A stretch of 64,000 nucleotides of DNA from Bacillota bacterium. Lineage in GTDB: Bacteria; Bacillota; Limnochordia; Darwinibacteriales; JAAYFS01. The stretch spans positions 2,279 through 66,278 of the forward strand of contig JAAYFS010000014.1 in assembly GCA_012728115.1 (NCBI GenBank), given 5' to 3'. How positions within the stretch are numbered: position 1 is the first letter of the stretch; the number at the start of each line of letters is the position of its first letter. Position numbers and translations under genes: made by a program. The notes under the pieces are model-generated. The model was not told the DNA's origin. It did not search any database and worked only from the letters and a program-made list of their open reading frames with translations. Positions 32,152 to 42,251 of the stretch are shown in pieces.

Positions 32152-33939
32152 ATGGAGAAGCTAAACCAAACGTGGGATCTTGATGTGTTTTACCCTGGGG
32201 GAAGCGAATCCCCGCAATTATGGCAGGAACTAGATTCCCTGGAGGAAGAAATTAGAGAATTCGAGCAGTATCTTGCAGAGGCAAGTAAAGAAGATCCAAA
32301 GAAGATCCTGCCTGAAATCATTGAGAAAACGCAAGAGATCCAAAAGAGGCTGCGCAAACCAGGGACGGTAATCCACTGCCTCCTTGCTCAGAATGTTAAG
32401 GACGAGAACGCGAAAGTACTAAGAGGGAAAATGAGCCAGTTAAATGCTACTTTTGGTGCGATAACGGCGAAATTAGATGACTTAATGCTAGAGCTTTCGG
32501 ATAACGATTGGAATGAATTGATGGCGACCGAACCATTAAAATCGATCTCGTTCGCACTTAGTGAGGCTCGCGAAAATCTGAAAGAAAAATTAGCTCCAAA
32601 CATTGAAGCGATTATTACTCAACTATCTGTAGATGGATACCATGCATGGTCGAGTTTGTATAGTACAATAGCTGGTAGAATGAGTATTGATGCGGAAATC
32701 GATGGTACAAAGAGAACTCTTTCGATCGGGCAAGCAAATAACCTGCTTGATCATCAAAATCGGGAAGTTAGAAAAGAAGTTTTCTATAAACTTGAAGAAG
32801 CCTGGGAGAAGAATAGCGATTTGGTAGCTTCGGCACTTAATCATATCGGAGGCTATCGACTCAATCTGTATAACAATCGAGGATGGGAGTCGGTTTTAAA
32901 AGAACCGATCAAACGTAATAGAATTGAACCAGAGACTCTGCAAGCGATGTGGGATGCGATCGAAGAAGGCAAACCAAAAGTAGTAAAATACTTGGAGAAA
33001 AAAGCCGAGCTACTTGGTTTAGAGAAATTAAGTTGGTTTGATTTAGAAGCATCGGTGGGAAAAACAAGCAAGAACATCAGTTATGAAGAAGCAGCAGATT
33101 TTGTGGTGAAAAATTATGCTGTCTTTAGTTCAGAAATGGCAGAGATGGCAGAAAAAGCATTCAAAGAGCGTTGGATCGAAGCAGAAGATCGTCCTAATAA
33201 AGATCAAGGTGCCTTTTGTGCTGGTTTCCCAGAAGTTAACCAAAGTAGGATCTTTATGACCTTTGGCGGAACCACTGCTGGAATAGGTACGTTAGCACAT
33301 GAGTTAGGGCATGCGTACCATAGCTATGTTACAAGTGATCTGCATCCGATGCAACGACGATATCCATCAAATCTTGCTGAAACCGCTTCTATTTTTGGCG
33401 AGTTATTAGTAAATGACGCAGCAATTAAGCAAGCGACTGATAAGCTCGAAAAGTTGGCTTTGCTTGAGAATAAGGTGAGAAGTACGATGTGGTTCTTTAT
33501 GAACCTTCACTGCCGTTTTATATTCGAAGTAGATTTCTATGAAACTAGGAGAAAAGGCTTGGTGCGAGCTAGTGAACTGAACGACTTGATGCTTAATGCT
33601 CAACGAAAAGCGTTTTGTGATTCGTTAGAAGTTTATCATCAATATTTCTGGGCTTCCAAGGGTCATTTTTATAGCACAGGAACCCCATTCTATAACTTCC
33701 CATACACTTTTGGATATCTTTTCAGTACAGGAATTTACGCTAGAGCATTGGAAGAAGGCCCATCCTTTGCTGGAACCTATCGCCAGTTACTGCGGGAGAC
33801 AGGAATGATGTCGGTGGAGGATCTAGCCAGAAAATATCTTGATGTGGATTTACGTACCCTTGATTTTTGGCGGAGTGCGGTGCGTTTAGCTACATCAGAT
33901 ATCGACGAATTCATTCGCCTAGCCGATGATGTGAAATGA
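32152..33939 (+). CDS. M3B oligoendopeptidase F family
   Basis: QTWDLD N-terminus, TLAHELGHAYH, AETASIFGE, FYNFPYTFG. Confidence 0.92.
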   Translation: MEKLNQTWDLDVFYPGGSESPQLWQELDSLEEEIREFEQYLAEASKEDPKKILPEIIEKTQEIQKRLRKPGTVIHCLLAQNVKDENAKVLRGKMSQLNATFGAITAKLDDLMLELSDNDWNELMATEPLKSISFALSEARENLKEKLAPNIEAIITQLSVDGYHAWSSLYSTIAGRMSIDAEIDGTKRTLSIGQANNLLDHQNREVRKEVFYKLEEAWEKNSDLVASALNHIGGYRLNLYNNRGWESVLKEPIKRNRIEPETLQAMWDAIEEGKPKVVKYLEKKAELLGLEKLSWFDLEASVGKTSKNISYEEAADFVVKNYAVFSSEMAEMAEKAFKERWIEAEDRPNKDQGAFCAGFPEVNQSRIFMTFGGTTAGIGTLAHELGHAYHSYVTSDLHPMQRRYPSNLAETASIFGELLVNDAAIKQATDKLEKLALLENKVRSTMWFFMNLHCRFIFEVDFYETRRKGLVRASELNDLMLNAQRKAFCDSLEVYHQYFWASKGHFYSTGTPFYNFPYTFGYLFSTGIYARALEEGPSFAGTYRQLLRETGMMSVEDLARKYLDVDLRTLDFWRSAVRLATSDIDEFIRLADDVK

Positions 33940-34217
33940 CTGTTGGAACAGGCTTACTCACTCTCTATTTTCACGGAGTTCAATCTTTGAAGGAGAAAAG
34001 AAGTATCCTAAAAAGTGTACTAATGAGAGCGAGAAATAAATTTAATGCGGCGATAGCCGAGATCGATGATCATGATCTTTGGCAAAAAGCTACGGTTGGA
34101 ATAGCGGTTATCGCAAACTCATCCGTCCAAGCGGAGAAGGAGTTAAGAAATATAATAAGATTTATTGAAAGTGATCCTCGCTTGGAAGTTACTTTTATAG
34201 ATATTGAAATGCGTTAA
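33936..34217 (+). CDS. DUF503 (YlxP-like) protein
   Basis: SLKEKRSILKS...KFNAAIAEID.HDLWQKA pattern. Confidence 0.85.
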   Translation: MTVGTGLLTLYFHGVQSLKEKRSILKSVLMRARNKFNAAIAEIDDHDLWQKATVGIAVIANSSVQAEKELRNIIRFIESDPRLEVTFIDIEMR

Positions 34218-34256
34218 AGGGGTTGATGCACAGTTTATTCTGTGCTCAACCCCTTT
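34216..34256. terminator. Bidirectional terminator
   Basis: AAAGGGGTTGA-TGCACAG / CTGTGC-TCAACCCCTTT between convergent genes. Confidence 0.75.
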
Positions 34257-34260
34257 GTTC

Positions 34261-35505
34261 TTAGATCCAACCTCTTAAACTTAAAGCGGTTGAGATTCTT
34301 TCTAATGCAAGCATGTAAGCTCCGATCCGGAGATTCGTTTGATGTTTTTCACTAATTTCCCAAATATGTTTAAAGGCGTCAATGATCTGGATCTTTAGTT
34401 TTTCATTCACTTCTTCTAAACTCCAGTAATAGTTCATCAGGTTTTGGACCCATTCATAATAAGACACTATTACCCCACCAGAGTTTGCGAGAATATCAGG
34501 AATTACTGGGATACCCTTTTTTGCTAGGATTGAATCTGCATCGGGGGTAGTCGGTCCATTTGCTGCTTCAGCAACAATCTTCGCTTTGATAAATTCTGCA
34601 TTTTCCTTGGTTATTTGGTTTTCAAGAGCCGCTGGAATTAGGATGTCGCACTTGATAGCTAGTAAGTCTCCATTAGAAATCGGAATAGTACCTGGGAAAT
34701 TTCCTACCGAAGATGTTAATTCTTTGTGCTTTAATAAACTATGGATATTTAGTCCACTAGGATTGTAGACTCCACCAGTTGAGTCATTAACCGCTATAAT
34801 TTTTACTCCGAGCGATGAAAGAAGGGAGGCAGTATTGGCTCCTACATTTCCAAAACCTTGGATTACGGCAGTAGCTTCTTGTAAGTTAATATTTTTTCTT
34901 TTCGCAGCTTCGATAATTGTATAAACGCAACCTTGAGCGGTAGCGGTTTCGCGTCCAAGTGAACCCCCGATCGCAAGGGGCTTTCCAGTAATAACTCCTG
35001 GTGAGTTCACCTCACCTTGGATTTTATAATATTCATCCATCATCCAGGCCATTACCTGGCTATTTGTATACACATCAGGAGCAGGGATATCTTTTTTCTC
35101 CCCGATAAACTGAGAAATAGCGCGGATATAACCCCTGCTTAAACGTTCAATTTCACTAGGAGACATCTGCTTTGGATTACAGATTACCGCTCCCTTAGCA
35201 CCCCCATACGGCAATCCCACTACAGCACATTTTAGAGTCATCCAAATCGAGAGAGCCATTGTCTCATCCAATGTTACCTGCGGATGGAAGCGGATTCCTC
35301 CCTTTGTAGGACCGAGAACATCGGTGTGTTGTGCTCGAAAGCCTATAAATGTCTTGGTCTGTCCATTATCCATTATAACTGGAATAGATACAGTCAATAC
35401 TCGTTTAGGATAATGGAGGATTTCATACACATCGGGTGGCAGTCCTAGTTTGTCACAGGCTTCTTTCAAATTCTGCTGAGCGATAGCGAGGGGGTTAGTT
35501 TGCAT
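34261..35505 (-). CDS. gdhA: Glu/Leu/Phe/Val dehydrogenase, glutamate dehydrogenase
   Basis: GPTKGGIRFH, LPYGGAKG, DIPAPDV, ITGKP, GSLGR, QGFGNVG, AEAANGP, PDILAN. Confidence 0.9.
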   Translation of the reverse strand: MQTNPLAIAQQNLKEACDKLGLPPDVYEILHYPKRVLTVSIPVIMDNGQTKTFIGFRAQHTDVLGPTKGGIRFHPQVTLDETMALSIWMTLKCAVVGLPYGGAKGAVICNPKQMSPSEIERLSRGYIRAISQFIGEKKDIPAPDVYTNSQVMAWMMDEYYKIQGEVNSPGVITGKPLAIGGSLGRETATAQGCVYTIIEAAKRKNINLQEATAVIQGFGNVGANTASLLSSLGVKIIAVNDSTGGVYNPSGLNIHSLLKHKELTSSVGNFPGTIPISNGDLLAIKCDILIPAALENQITKENAEFIKAKIVAEAANGPTTPDADSILAKKGIPVIPDILANSGGVIVSYYEWVQNLMNYYWSLEEVNEKLKIQIIDAFKHIWEISEKHQTNLRIGAYMLALERISTALSLRGWI

Positions 35506-35687
35506 TATTTCACCTCTTCAGAAAGTGGTCTAAGTACTCAAACTTTATTATATATTAAATAAGTTTGTTCTTTCAACGATTTTGTTTTGTGCACTTGGGC
35601 ACATACGCAAAATCCCTAAAAAACAAGGAAATTAAATACTTCTCGCCGAAAATGAATATTATTCCTGTTAGTGGATAGAGGTGCGAT

Positions 35688-36617
35688 ATGCTTGTTATAG
35701 ATAAGGTAAGTTCAGCAAACAATGAACTCAACAGATTATCCTTTAAGACTTGTCAAGGTGATCGGGTTGGTGTATTATGTTCTTCAACAAGTGAACGCCT
35801 AACGCTATTAAAGGTGTTAGCTGGATTGATGAAACCGAGGGAAGGACAGGTTTTAATTGATGGACATTCCTCTGCGAGGAAAAGAAAAAAGGTTTTAGCT
35901 TCAGTCTATTCGTACATAAGTCTTTATCCTTGGCTTTCGTTAGAACAGAACATCAAGTTTTGGTTAGCAATCAATGGTGGAAATATTGAATTGTATCGTC
36001 ATTTCGCCAGGCGATTCATCATGCTAAAAGATTGTTCAAGTAAGATTACCGAGCTTACCCAGGAACAAAAATACTTAATCAACTTATGCCTTGGATTAGC
36101 AAGCGAAAAGAAACTTCTTCTCTTGGATGAACCGATGGGTTCATTAAGTATTGAAAGCTATTTCCAATTTTGTGAGTTGATAAAAAATCTTGATGAAAAA
36201 GAGTATACTATTGTGCTTTTAACACAAGATCTTGGTTTAGTAAGGGATCTTTGTCAAAAGGTTGTTATCATTAATAATGGGGAAGTACTTACCGAACGCG
36301 ATGTCAATAATCTTTATCCATTCTTTGATGCCTACTTTTATCGAGTAGTATTAAATGCTCTTCCTGAAAAAGAGGTTATTGTTAGTATCACCAAGGCATT
36401 AGCTGGATTGGATATTATCATAACGGAGGATTTTTCTGATGGGCTCGAGGTATTGATTAAGCTTAAGAACAGTTATGATCTGTACACAGTTACTAAGATC
36501 CTCGAAGAACAGCACGTGAGCATAAAGATGCTCGAGCAATACTGGAACATGGATAAAATAATGAGGTTTTTAAGTAGGAGAGGACAAGACAGTGAGGATA
36601 ATTCTAGCGGTTATTAA
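35688..36617 (+). CDS. ABC ATPase-like protein with degenerate catalytic motifs
   Basis: ABC-2 ATPase layout (TLLKVLAG, LLLLDEP) but Walker A CSSTSERL, signature LTQEQ, H-loop LTQD. Confidence 0.75.
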   Translation: MLVIDKVSSANNELNRLSFKTCQGDRVGVLCSSTSERLTLLKVLAGLMKPREGQVLIDGHSSARKRKKVLASVYSYISLYPWLSLEQNIKFWLAINGGNIELYRHFARRFIMLKDCSSKITELTQEQKYLINLCLGLASEKKLLLLDEPMGSLSIESYFQFCELIKNLDEKEYTIVLLTQDLGLVRDLCQKVVIINNGEVLTERDVNNLYPFFDAYFYRVVLNALPEKEVIVSITKALAGLDIIITEDFSDGLEVLIKLKNSYDLYTVTKILEEQHVSIKMLEQYWNMDKIMRFLSRRGQDSEDNSSGY

Positions 36618-37332
36618 CAAAGAGCTAAGAAGGTATCGTTGGTCGTTAGCGGAGTTAATACGAGATTTGTTGCTTTTGTACCTTGTTTTTCTCGTCTTAA
36701 TATCCATGGTTGAACACGTTTTTAAAAGCTATATTGATCGCGAGACTCTAGTTATAGCTTTTTCGGTTTGGGCATTCCTAATTCTTAACTATTTCGATGC
36801 TTTTGCTATCTTGATGCATGAAATTAAAACGGGAGCTTTTTTACGACTTAGTTCGTCAAGGCGTGGTTTTAGCATGATCATTGGCTTGCAGATTCTTTTG
36901 GCAATCCTAAAAAACCTTTTGATTGCTGGAATTATGTTTATTGCTTTGGCATTCGCGTCGGGATGGTTTATTCCGAGCAAATTGGGTGCGTGTTTGTTGA
37001 TAGCGGTCAGCTTGGTTCCAGCGGTAATTGGATTGAGCTTTTTAACAGCGGGATTAGATCTATTGATCGGTAGTGCCCGCTATGTTATGCAGATTATCAC
37101 TTTTTTCTTAGTATCCTTAGTGGTGGTACCGCTAGAACATTCCTTGTTCGTAAGTACTTTTCCAGTGGTTCAGGGAATGTGGCTTATTCGTAAATTGGTC
37201 TTTGATGGCTATTCCTTGTATAATTTAATAGATTCTAATCTACTCCAATACCTTGGGATCAGTATTGGGTATTTAATAATTGGTGTGCTAGTACATAGAT
37301 TTTGTTGTAGAAAATATTATGCTCTTAACTAG
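36592..37332 (+). CDS. ABC-2-type permease
   Basis: About 6 TM helices, HEIKTG motif, overlaps the ATPase-like gene. Confidence 0.7.
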   Translation: MRIILAVINKELRRYRWSLAELIRDLLLLYLVFLVLISMVEHVFKSYIDRETLVIAFSVWAFLILNYFDAFAILMHEIKTGAFLRLSSSRRGFSMIIGLQILLAILKNLLIAGIMFIALAFASGWFIPSKLGACLLIAVSLVPAVIGLSFLTAGLDLLIGSARYVMQIITFFLVSLVVVPLEHSLFVSTFPVVQGMWLIRKLVFDGYSLYNLIDSNLLQYLGISIGYLIIGVLVHRFCCRKYYALN

Positions 37333-37365
37333 CAATAAATGTGGAATCATAGTGGAGGTGGCAAC

Positions 37366-38838
37366 ATGGATCCTTGTATTTTAGTAATCTTCGGCGGAAC
37401 AGGCGATTTGACTCGCCGTAAGTTATATCCAGCTTTATGTAATCTTTATCGCGAAGGATTGCTTCCTGAAGGTTTTGCAGTGGTTTCTGTCGGAAGAAGG
37501 GATCTAAGTTCTGAGCAGGTAAGGGAAACTGTAATGGATTCCATTAACGAGTTTTCACGTCAACCATGTTCATGTAACTTAGAGGAGCTAGAACAGAGTT
37601 TTCTGAATAGATTCCATTATTACAAATTAGATTTTGCTGATTCTACTGGTTACGGTCACTTAAAAGATTTTTTGGAAGAACTCGATCAAGAATACAATAC
37701 TGCAGGAAATCGAGTCTTCTTCCTAGCAGTAGCACCAGAGTATTTCTCCGAAATCTCAAACGATCTGCATAATCATAACATGGTGATCAATAACGGTTCG
37801 TGGCAACGGGTAGTGATAGAAAAACCATTCGGTCAAGATCTTGACTCAGCGCTAGTGTTGAACGCCGAGTTACGGAAAACATTTGGCGAACAGAATATCT
37901 ACCGAATCGATCACTACTTGGGTAAGGAGATGGCCCAAAGTATTATGGTAATGCGTTTCGCTAATGCGTTTTTCGAACCAATTTGGAATAATAAATATAT
38001 TGATCATGTGCAAATCAGCATCTGCGAAACAGATGGAATCGGAACTCGTGGTGGGTATTATGAACAATCAGGAGCTTTAAGAGATATGGTGCAGAACCAT
38101 ATGATGCAATTATTAACCTTGGTCGCGATGGAACCACCAGTTGATCTAAGCACTGAGGCGATCAGGGATGAAAAGGTTAAGGTCCTACGTTCGCTGTCAG
38201 TGAAAAGAGAGGATGTTGTCCGCGGTCAATACGGTGAGGGAATCGTTGACGGACAACGTCTGAAAGCATATCGTGATGAAGACAAGGTTGCACCTGATTC
38301 AAATATGGAAACCTTTGCTGCATTAAAGGTGTTTATTGAAAACTTCCGCTGGGCGCAAGTTCCGTTCTATTTGCGCACTGGAAAGAGATTACCCCATAAA
38401 TATGCGGAAATATTGATCAAATTTAAGAAAATCCCTGGTGTCCTCTATTTCAAAGATAGTTCGCTGAATCCAAATATCTTAACTATTAGAGTACAGCCAG
38501 ATGAGGGAATCTTTCTTAAATTTAACACCAAGAATCCTGGTCCAGGCCAAACAATTATTCCTGTTAGTATGGACTTTTATCAGCATGAAATTGATGGATT
38601 TAACTCGCCTGAGGCTTATGAACGCTTGTTGCACGATGTGATGCGTGGCGATTCCACTTTATTTACGCGTTGGGACGAAGTAGAGTATTCTTGGCGTTTT
38701 GTGGATCAGATCGAAAGATGGTGGCATACATCTAACGAACCAATCCCCATTTACGCTAGTGGTACCTGGGGTCCAAAAGAGGCGGATCTTTTGATGAAAA
38801 ACGATGGAAGGGAATGGTTTGGACCAACCAAGAGCTGA
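37366..38838 (+). CDS. zwf: Glucose-6-phosphate dehydrogenase
   Basis: FGGTGDL, EKPFG, RIDHYLGKE, RDMVQNH, FYLRTGK. Confidence 0.97.
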   Translation: MDPCILVIFGGTGDLTRRKLYPALCNLYREGLLPEGFAVVSVGRRDLSSEQVRETVMDSINEFSRQPCSCNLEELEQSFLNRFHYYKLDFADSTGYGHLKDFLEELDQEYNTAGNRVFFLAVAPEYFSEISNDLHNHNMVINNGSWQRVVIEKPFGQDLDSALVLNAELRKTFGEQNIYRIDHYLGKEMAQSIMVMRFANAFFEPIWNNKYIDHVQISICETDGIGTRGGYYEQSGALRDMVQNHMMQLLTLVAMEPPVDLSTEAIRDEKVKVLRSLSVKREDVVRGQYGEGIVDGQRLKAYRDEDKVAPDSNMETFAALKVFIENFRWAQVPFYLRTGKRLPHKYAEILIKFKKIPGVLYFKDSSLNPNILTIRVQPDEGIFLKFNTKNPGPGQTIIPVSMDFYQHEIDGFNSPEAYERLLHDVMRGDSTLFTRWDEVEYSWRFVDQIERWWHTSNEPIPIYASGTWGPKEADLLMKNDGREWFGPTKS

Positions 38839-38850
38839 AAGGGTGAGGAA

Positions 38851-39492
38851 ATGAAAATCGAGGATCTAAAAATCTATGATGTTTCAATGGAGATTCATCC
38901 AGGTATGAGTGTTTGGAAGAATTATCCACATAAGCAGCCTAAGTTCTCAGTTGTGCGGGACTTCTCTAAAGGTGATGTTGCCTACGAAACTGATATAACC
39001 TTCAACCTTCATACTGGTACCCATATCGATGCACCACTGCATTTTGTTGAAGGTGGCGACACTTTTGAGTGTATTCCACTGGAAAACCTGGTTACGCGAG
39101 TGCGTGTTCTAGAATTAATAGAAGGAATTGAAGATCGGATCACCAAGCAGGATTTGGAAAAGTTTGAGATCCAAGCGGGAGAGTTTGTGCTTTTGAAGAC
39201 TCGGAATTCTTTTGGAGAACCTTGGAGCGAGGATTTTGTCTTTATTGAAAAAACTGCGGCTAGTTATCTTAAAGATATCGGGATCAGAGGAGTTGGAATC
39301 GATGCTTTAGGCGTAGAAAGAGATCAGCCAGAACACGAAACACATAAAGAGTTACTAGGTAGCAAGATTATAGTTATCGAAGGTCTAAGGCTACAGGATG
39401 TACCAGAAGGGGAATATTTGATGGTTGCTGCTCCTTTAAAAGTTATCGGTACTGAAGCTGCCCCAGCACGGGTGTTTTTATTAGCTGGTTAA
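38851..39492 (+). CDS. Cyclase family protein (kynurenine formamidase-like)
   Basis: HTGTHIDAPLH, GIDALG, IEGL, APARV. Confidence 0.9.
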   Translation: MKIEDLKIYDVSMEIHPGMSVWKNYPHKQPKFSVVRDFSKGDVAYETDITFNLHTGTHIDAPLHFVEGGDTFECIPLENLVTRVRVLELIEGIEDRITKQDLEKFEIQAGEFVLLKTRNSFGEPWSEDFVFIEKTAASYLKDIGIRGVGIDALGVERDQPEHETHKELLGSKIIVIEGLRLQDVPEGEYLMVAAPLKVIGTEAAPARVFLLAG

Positions 39493-39569
39493 AAGATGAT
39501 AATAATAATCTTTACTATTCCCTGGAAGTGGTATATACTGTGAGTATCTGCAACTCTAGGAGGGATAAG

Positions 39570-40007
39570 ATGCTTGAGGTAGGAATGAAAGCACCAGAGT
39601 TGGATTTTAATGTGACAGGAAAAGGTGTTGTTAAGTTGCCCGATTTTAAGGGAAAAAAGGTGGTTTTGTATTTCTATCCGAAGGATAATACTTCAGGATG
39701 TACTCAGGAAGCCTGTAGTTTTCGAGATTACCATGATGAGATTCTGGCACGCGGCGCGGTGATTATCGGTGTAAGCCCAGATAGTGACGAATCGCATCAA
39801 CGTTTTCGAGAAAAACATAATCTTCCTTTCTACTTAGTTAGCGACACAGACCATGAGTTAGCTACCGCATTTGGAGCATGGAGTTCAGGAAAGATGCACC
39901 GGTCCACTTTTATCATTGATGAAGCTGGGGAGATAATAAAGGTTTTTACCAAAGTTAATACAGCTCAACACGGCAAAGAGGTACTTGAATTTCTTGAAGG
40001 ATTATAA
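39570..40007 (+). CDS. bcp: BCP/PrxQ peroxiredoxin
   Basis: LYFYPKDNTSGCTQEACSFRD, RSTFIID. Confidence 0.92.
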   Translation: MLEVGMKAPELDFNVTGKGVVKLPDFKGKKVVLYFYPKDNTSGCTQEACSFRDYHDEILARGAVIIGVSPDSDESHQRFREKHNLPFYLVSDTDHELATAFGAWSSGKMHRSTFIIDEAGEIIKVFTKVNTAQHGKEVLEFLEGL

Positions 40008-40027
40008 AAGTAAGCATTAGAAACGTA

Positions 40028-40055
40028 AAAGACGGGGTGAATATGCCCCGTCTTT
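40028..40055. terminator. Bidirectional terminator
   Basis: AAAGACGGGG/CCCCGTCTTT between convergent genes. Confidence 0.75.
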
Positions 40056-40066
40056 CTTGCTAGCAA

Positions 40067-40930
40067 CTACTTCTTTCGAACAGGAATCCAGACTTCGCTA
40101 TAAGCATAACCTTCTTTTTCTTGATCCATTTTTGTAAAGGAAAATGAAAATGCATCGACAATTTCATAATCCGCTGAAGGAAGCCACTCGGAGTAGATAC
40201 TAGCCATTGTATTTTGTAGCGTTTGGGGGAAAGGCCCTTCGTTTGGGAAAACTGCCCAAGTATAGGCAGGGATAGGCACCTTTTCTAACTGGTCGCTAAC
40301 CTCTTCCGTGGTAGTTAACACCCCTATCAAATGAGTTAGATAGCCTTCATCTTTTAAGAAATTTGCTTCATGATCATAAGAAGCATTTACTATTTCATAC
40401 GGTTCAATGTTTTGCAAAGAACGCATTTCTTTTCTTTGTTTGTCAGTGATGCTTTGGGCTAGTTTTACAATCTCTTGGTTTACCCCTTCAAATTGCATCG
40501 GAACCCGTCTACTTACACCCACCAGATTAAATGCTGGTTTGTCCACGATCCTAAATTCCATATTAATTCCTCCTTTTATAGTGATAGCAAAATATAGCTT
40601 AGGAAATGACTTACTAATACCAGTTTTCAATACTTCCGAAGGTAAGTACCCACTCCATTTTCGAAATGCTCGTGAAAAACCATCTACTGTTTGGTATCCA
40701 TACTTAAGAGCCACATCGGTTACTCTTTCGCCATTTAAAAGCTCCTCACTTGCTCTAGAGAGCCTCCTATTCTTGATATATTCACCGAGCGTAATCCCCG
40801 ACAGATAAAAGAAGATTTGCTTGAAATGATAATCGGAAACCCCAGCAATATTTGAAATATCTTCAAAGGATAATTCTCCCGTCAAATGTTCTTCAATATA
40901 CTCGATAACGTGATTAAGATCTCGTAACAT
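40067..40930 (-). CDS. AraC HTH + GyrI-like effector-binding domain regulator
   Basis: IEYIEEHL...SDYHFKQIF...YGYQTVDGFSRAF; C-terminal IPAYTWAVF, IYSEWLP, SEVWIPV. Confidence 0.92.
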   Translation of the reverse strand: MLRDLNHVIEYIEEHLTGELSFEDISNIAGVSDYHFKQIFFYLSGITLGEYIKNRRLSRASEELLNGERVTDVALKYGYQTVDGFSRAFRKWSGYLPSEVLKTGISKSFPKLYFAITIKGGINMEFRIVDKPAFNLVGVSRRVPMQFEGVNQEIVKLAQSITDKQRKEMRSLQNIEPYEIVNASYDHEANFLKDEGYLTHLIGVLTTTEEVSDQLEKVPIPAYTWAVFPNEGPFPQTLQNTMASIYSEWLPSADYEIVDAFSFSFTKMDQEKEGYAYSEVWIPVRKK

Positions 40931-41086
40931 TTTGATCCCCTTTCGCTCTTGTATCCATCATACCATTTATGTTCTAAAGATACTCGACTTTTTAGTTAGA
41001 TGTTTAGTCGAGTATTTGGACGCTGAGGCAATGAATTTTTATTCATAAATGTTGTTTATTTATTAAAACATATCATGAAATTTAAC

Positions 41087-41115
41087 TTGACAATCACTGA
41101 TGTTCACTATAGAAT
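41087..41115 (+). promoter_or_regulatory. sigmaA promoter of the pyr operon
   Basis: TTGACA-17 bp-TAGAAT. Confidence 0.85.
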
Positions 41116-41123
41116 TTAAGATA

Positions 41124-41287
41124 AGAAAAGTCCAGAGAGGCTTTCTGTAAAAACGTTTTAGAGATTGTCAAAAAAATGAACGGGCCTTTAATTCAATCCT
41201 GTGAGATTGGGAAGGACGTCTACACAAGGGCATGCCTTTTCGTGTGCAATTAGTAGGCTTCTACCAATCGAGGTAGAAGCCTTTTAT
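41124..41287 (+). promoter_or_regulatory. PyrR-type attenuator leader
   Basis: AGTCCAGAGAGGCT (41129-41142), second box CTTTAATTCAATCCTGTGAGATTGGGAAGG (about 41186-41215), terminator AGGCTTCTACC/GGTAGAAGCCT + T (41255-41287). Confidence 0.85.
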
Positions 41288-41342
41288 AAAATGATTGCCC
41301 TTGGAGACAGTTTCTTGGAAGGTCCCTATCGGAGGGATTCTG

Positions 41343-42251
41343 ATGTATTCATTAACAACAACAAAGATGTGTTCAAAGAGTTTTATTGAAACGTTGCTAC
41401 AACGGGCACAGCTTTTTGCCGATGGTAAAGAGCCATGGAAGTGTAACGGAACGGTAGTCAACGTTTTTTTTGAACCTAGTACTAGAACAAACCTTTCCTT
41501 TCAAATGGCTGCTCATCGTCTTGGTCTGCATGTTTTAAACTTTGATTGCACCAATTCAAGTCTCAAAAAAGGGGAGTCTATGCTCGATACTTTGCAAACA
41601 ATTGAAGCATTGGGAGCAAATATTGCTGTAATCCGAAGTTCTGAAGATTGGCCAGCTATGGAACTTGATAAAAAAGTGAACATCTCGTTAGTTAACGCTG
41701 GTTCAGGTGTTAAGGATCATCCAACTCAGGCACTATTGGATGCTTTAACAATCAAACAACACTTTGGTTACTTCCAAGGATTAACGGTGACGATTGTGGG
41801 AGACATTCTCCATAGCAGAGTGGCTCGCTCCAATATAGATGTTTTGACAAAATTGGGTGCAAAAATTCAGTTAGCGGGTCCAGAACATTACAAAGCTGAC
41901 GATTTGGCTACTTTTGTACCTTGGGTTGATTTTGATGAGGCAATTGAAGAATCCGATGTGGTGATGATGCTACGTGTTCAACATGAGCGTCATTCAGAAA
42001 AATTCCCGTATGAAATTGGCGAGTATCATCAAAAATTTGGTTTAACCCAAGAGCGAGTAAGAAGAATGAAACCAAATGCGATTATGATGCATCCTGGTCC
42101 AGTTAATCGGGGTGTGGAAATCGCTGACGAAGTTCTAGAAGACGGTCGTTGTAAAATATTACAACAGGTTCGAAATGGAGTTGCTGTGCGGATGGCAGTA
42201 TTAGAAGTATGTTTATTGGGGGAGCGCTATGGGCACCTTGTTTCTGCGTAA
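41343..42251 (+). CDS. pyrB: Aspartate carbamoyltransferase catalytic subunit
   Basis: FFEPSTRT, KGESMLDT, HPTQALLD, GDILHSRVARS, HPGP; GGAGGG RBS + ATG 41343. Confidence 0.96.
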   Translation: MYSLTTTKMCSKSFIETLLQRAQLFADGKEPWKCNGTVVNVFFEPSTRTNLSFQMAAHRLGLHVLNFDCTNSSLKKGESMLDTLQTIEALGANIAVIRSSEDWPAMELDKKVNISLVNAGSGVKDHPTQALLDALTIKQHFGYFQGLTVTIVGDILHSRVARSNIDVLTKLGAKIQLAGPEHYKADDLATFVPWVDFDEAIEESDVVMMLRVQHERHSEKFPYEIGEYHQKFGLTQERVRRMKPNAIMMHPGPVNRGVEIADEVLEDGRCKILQQVRNGVAVRMAVLEVCLLGERYGHLVSA

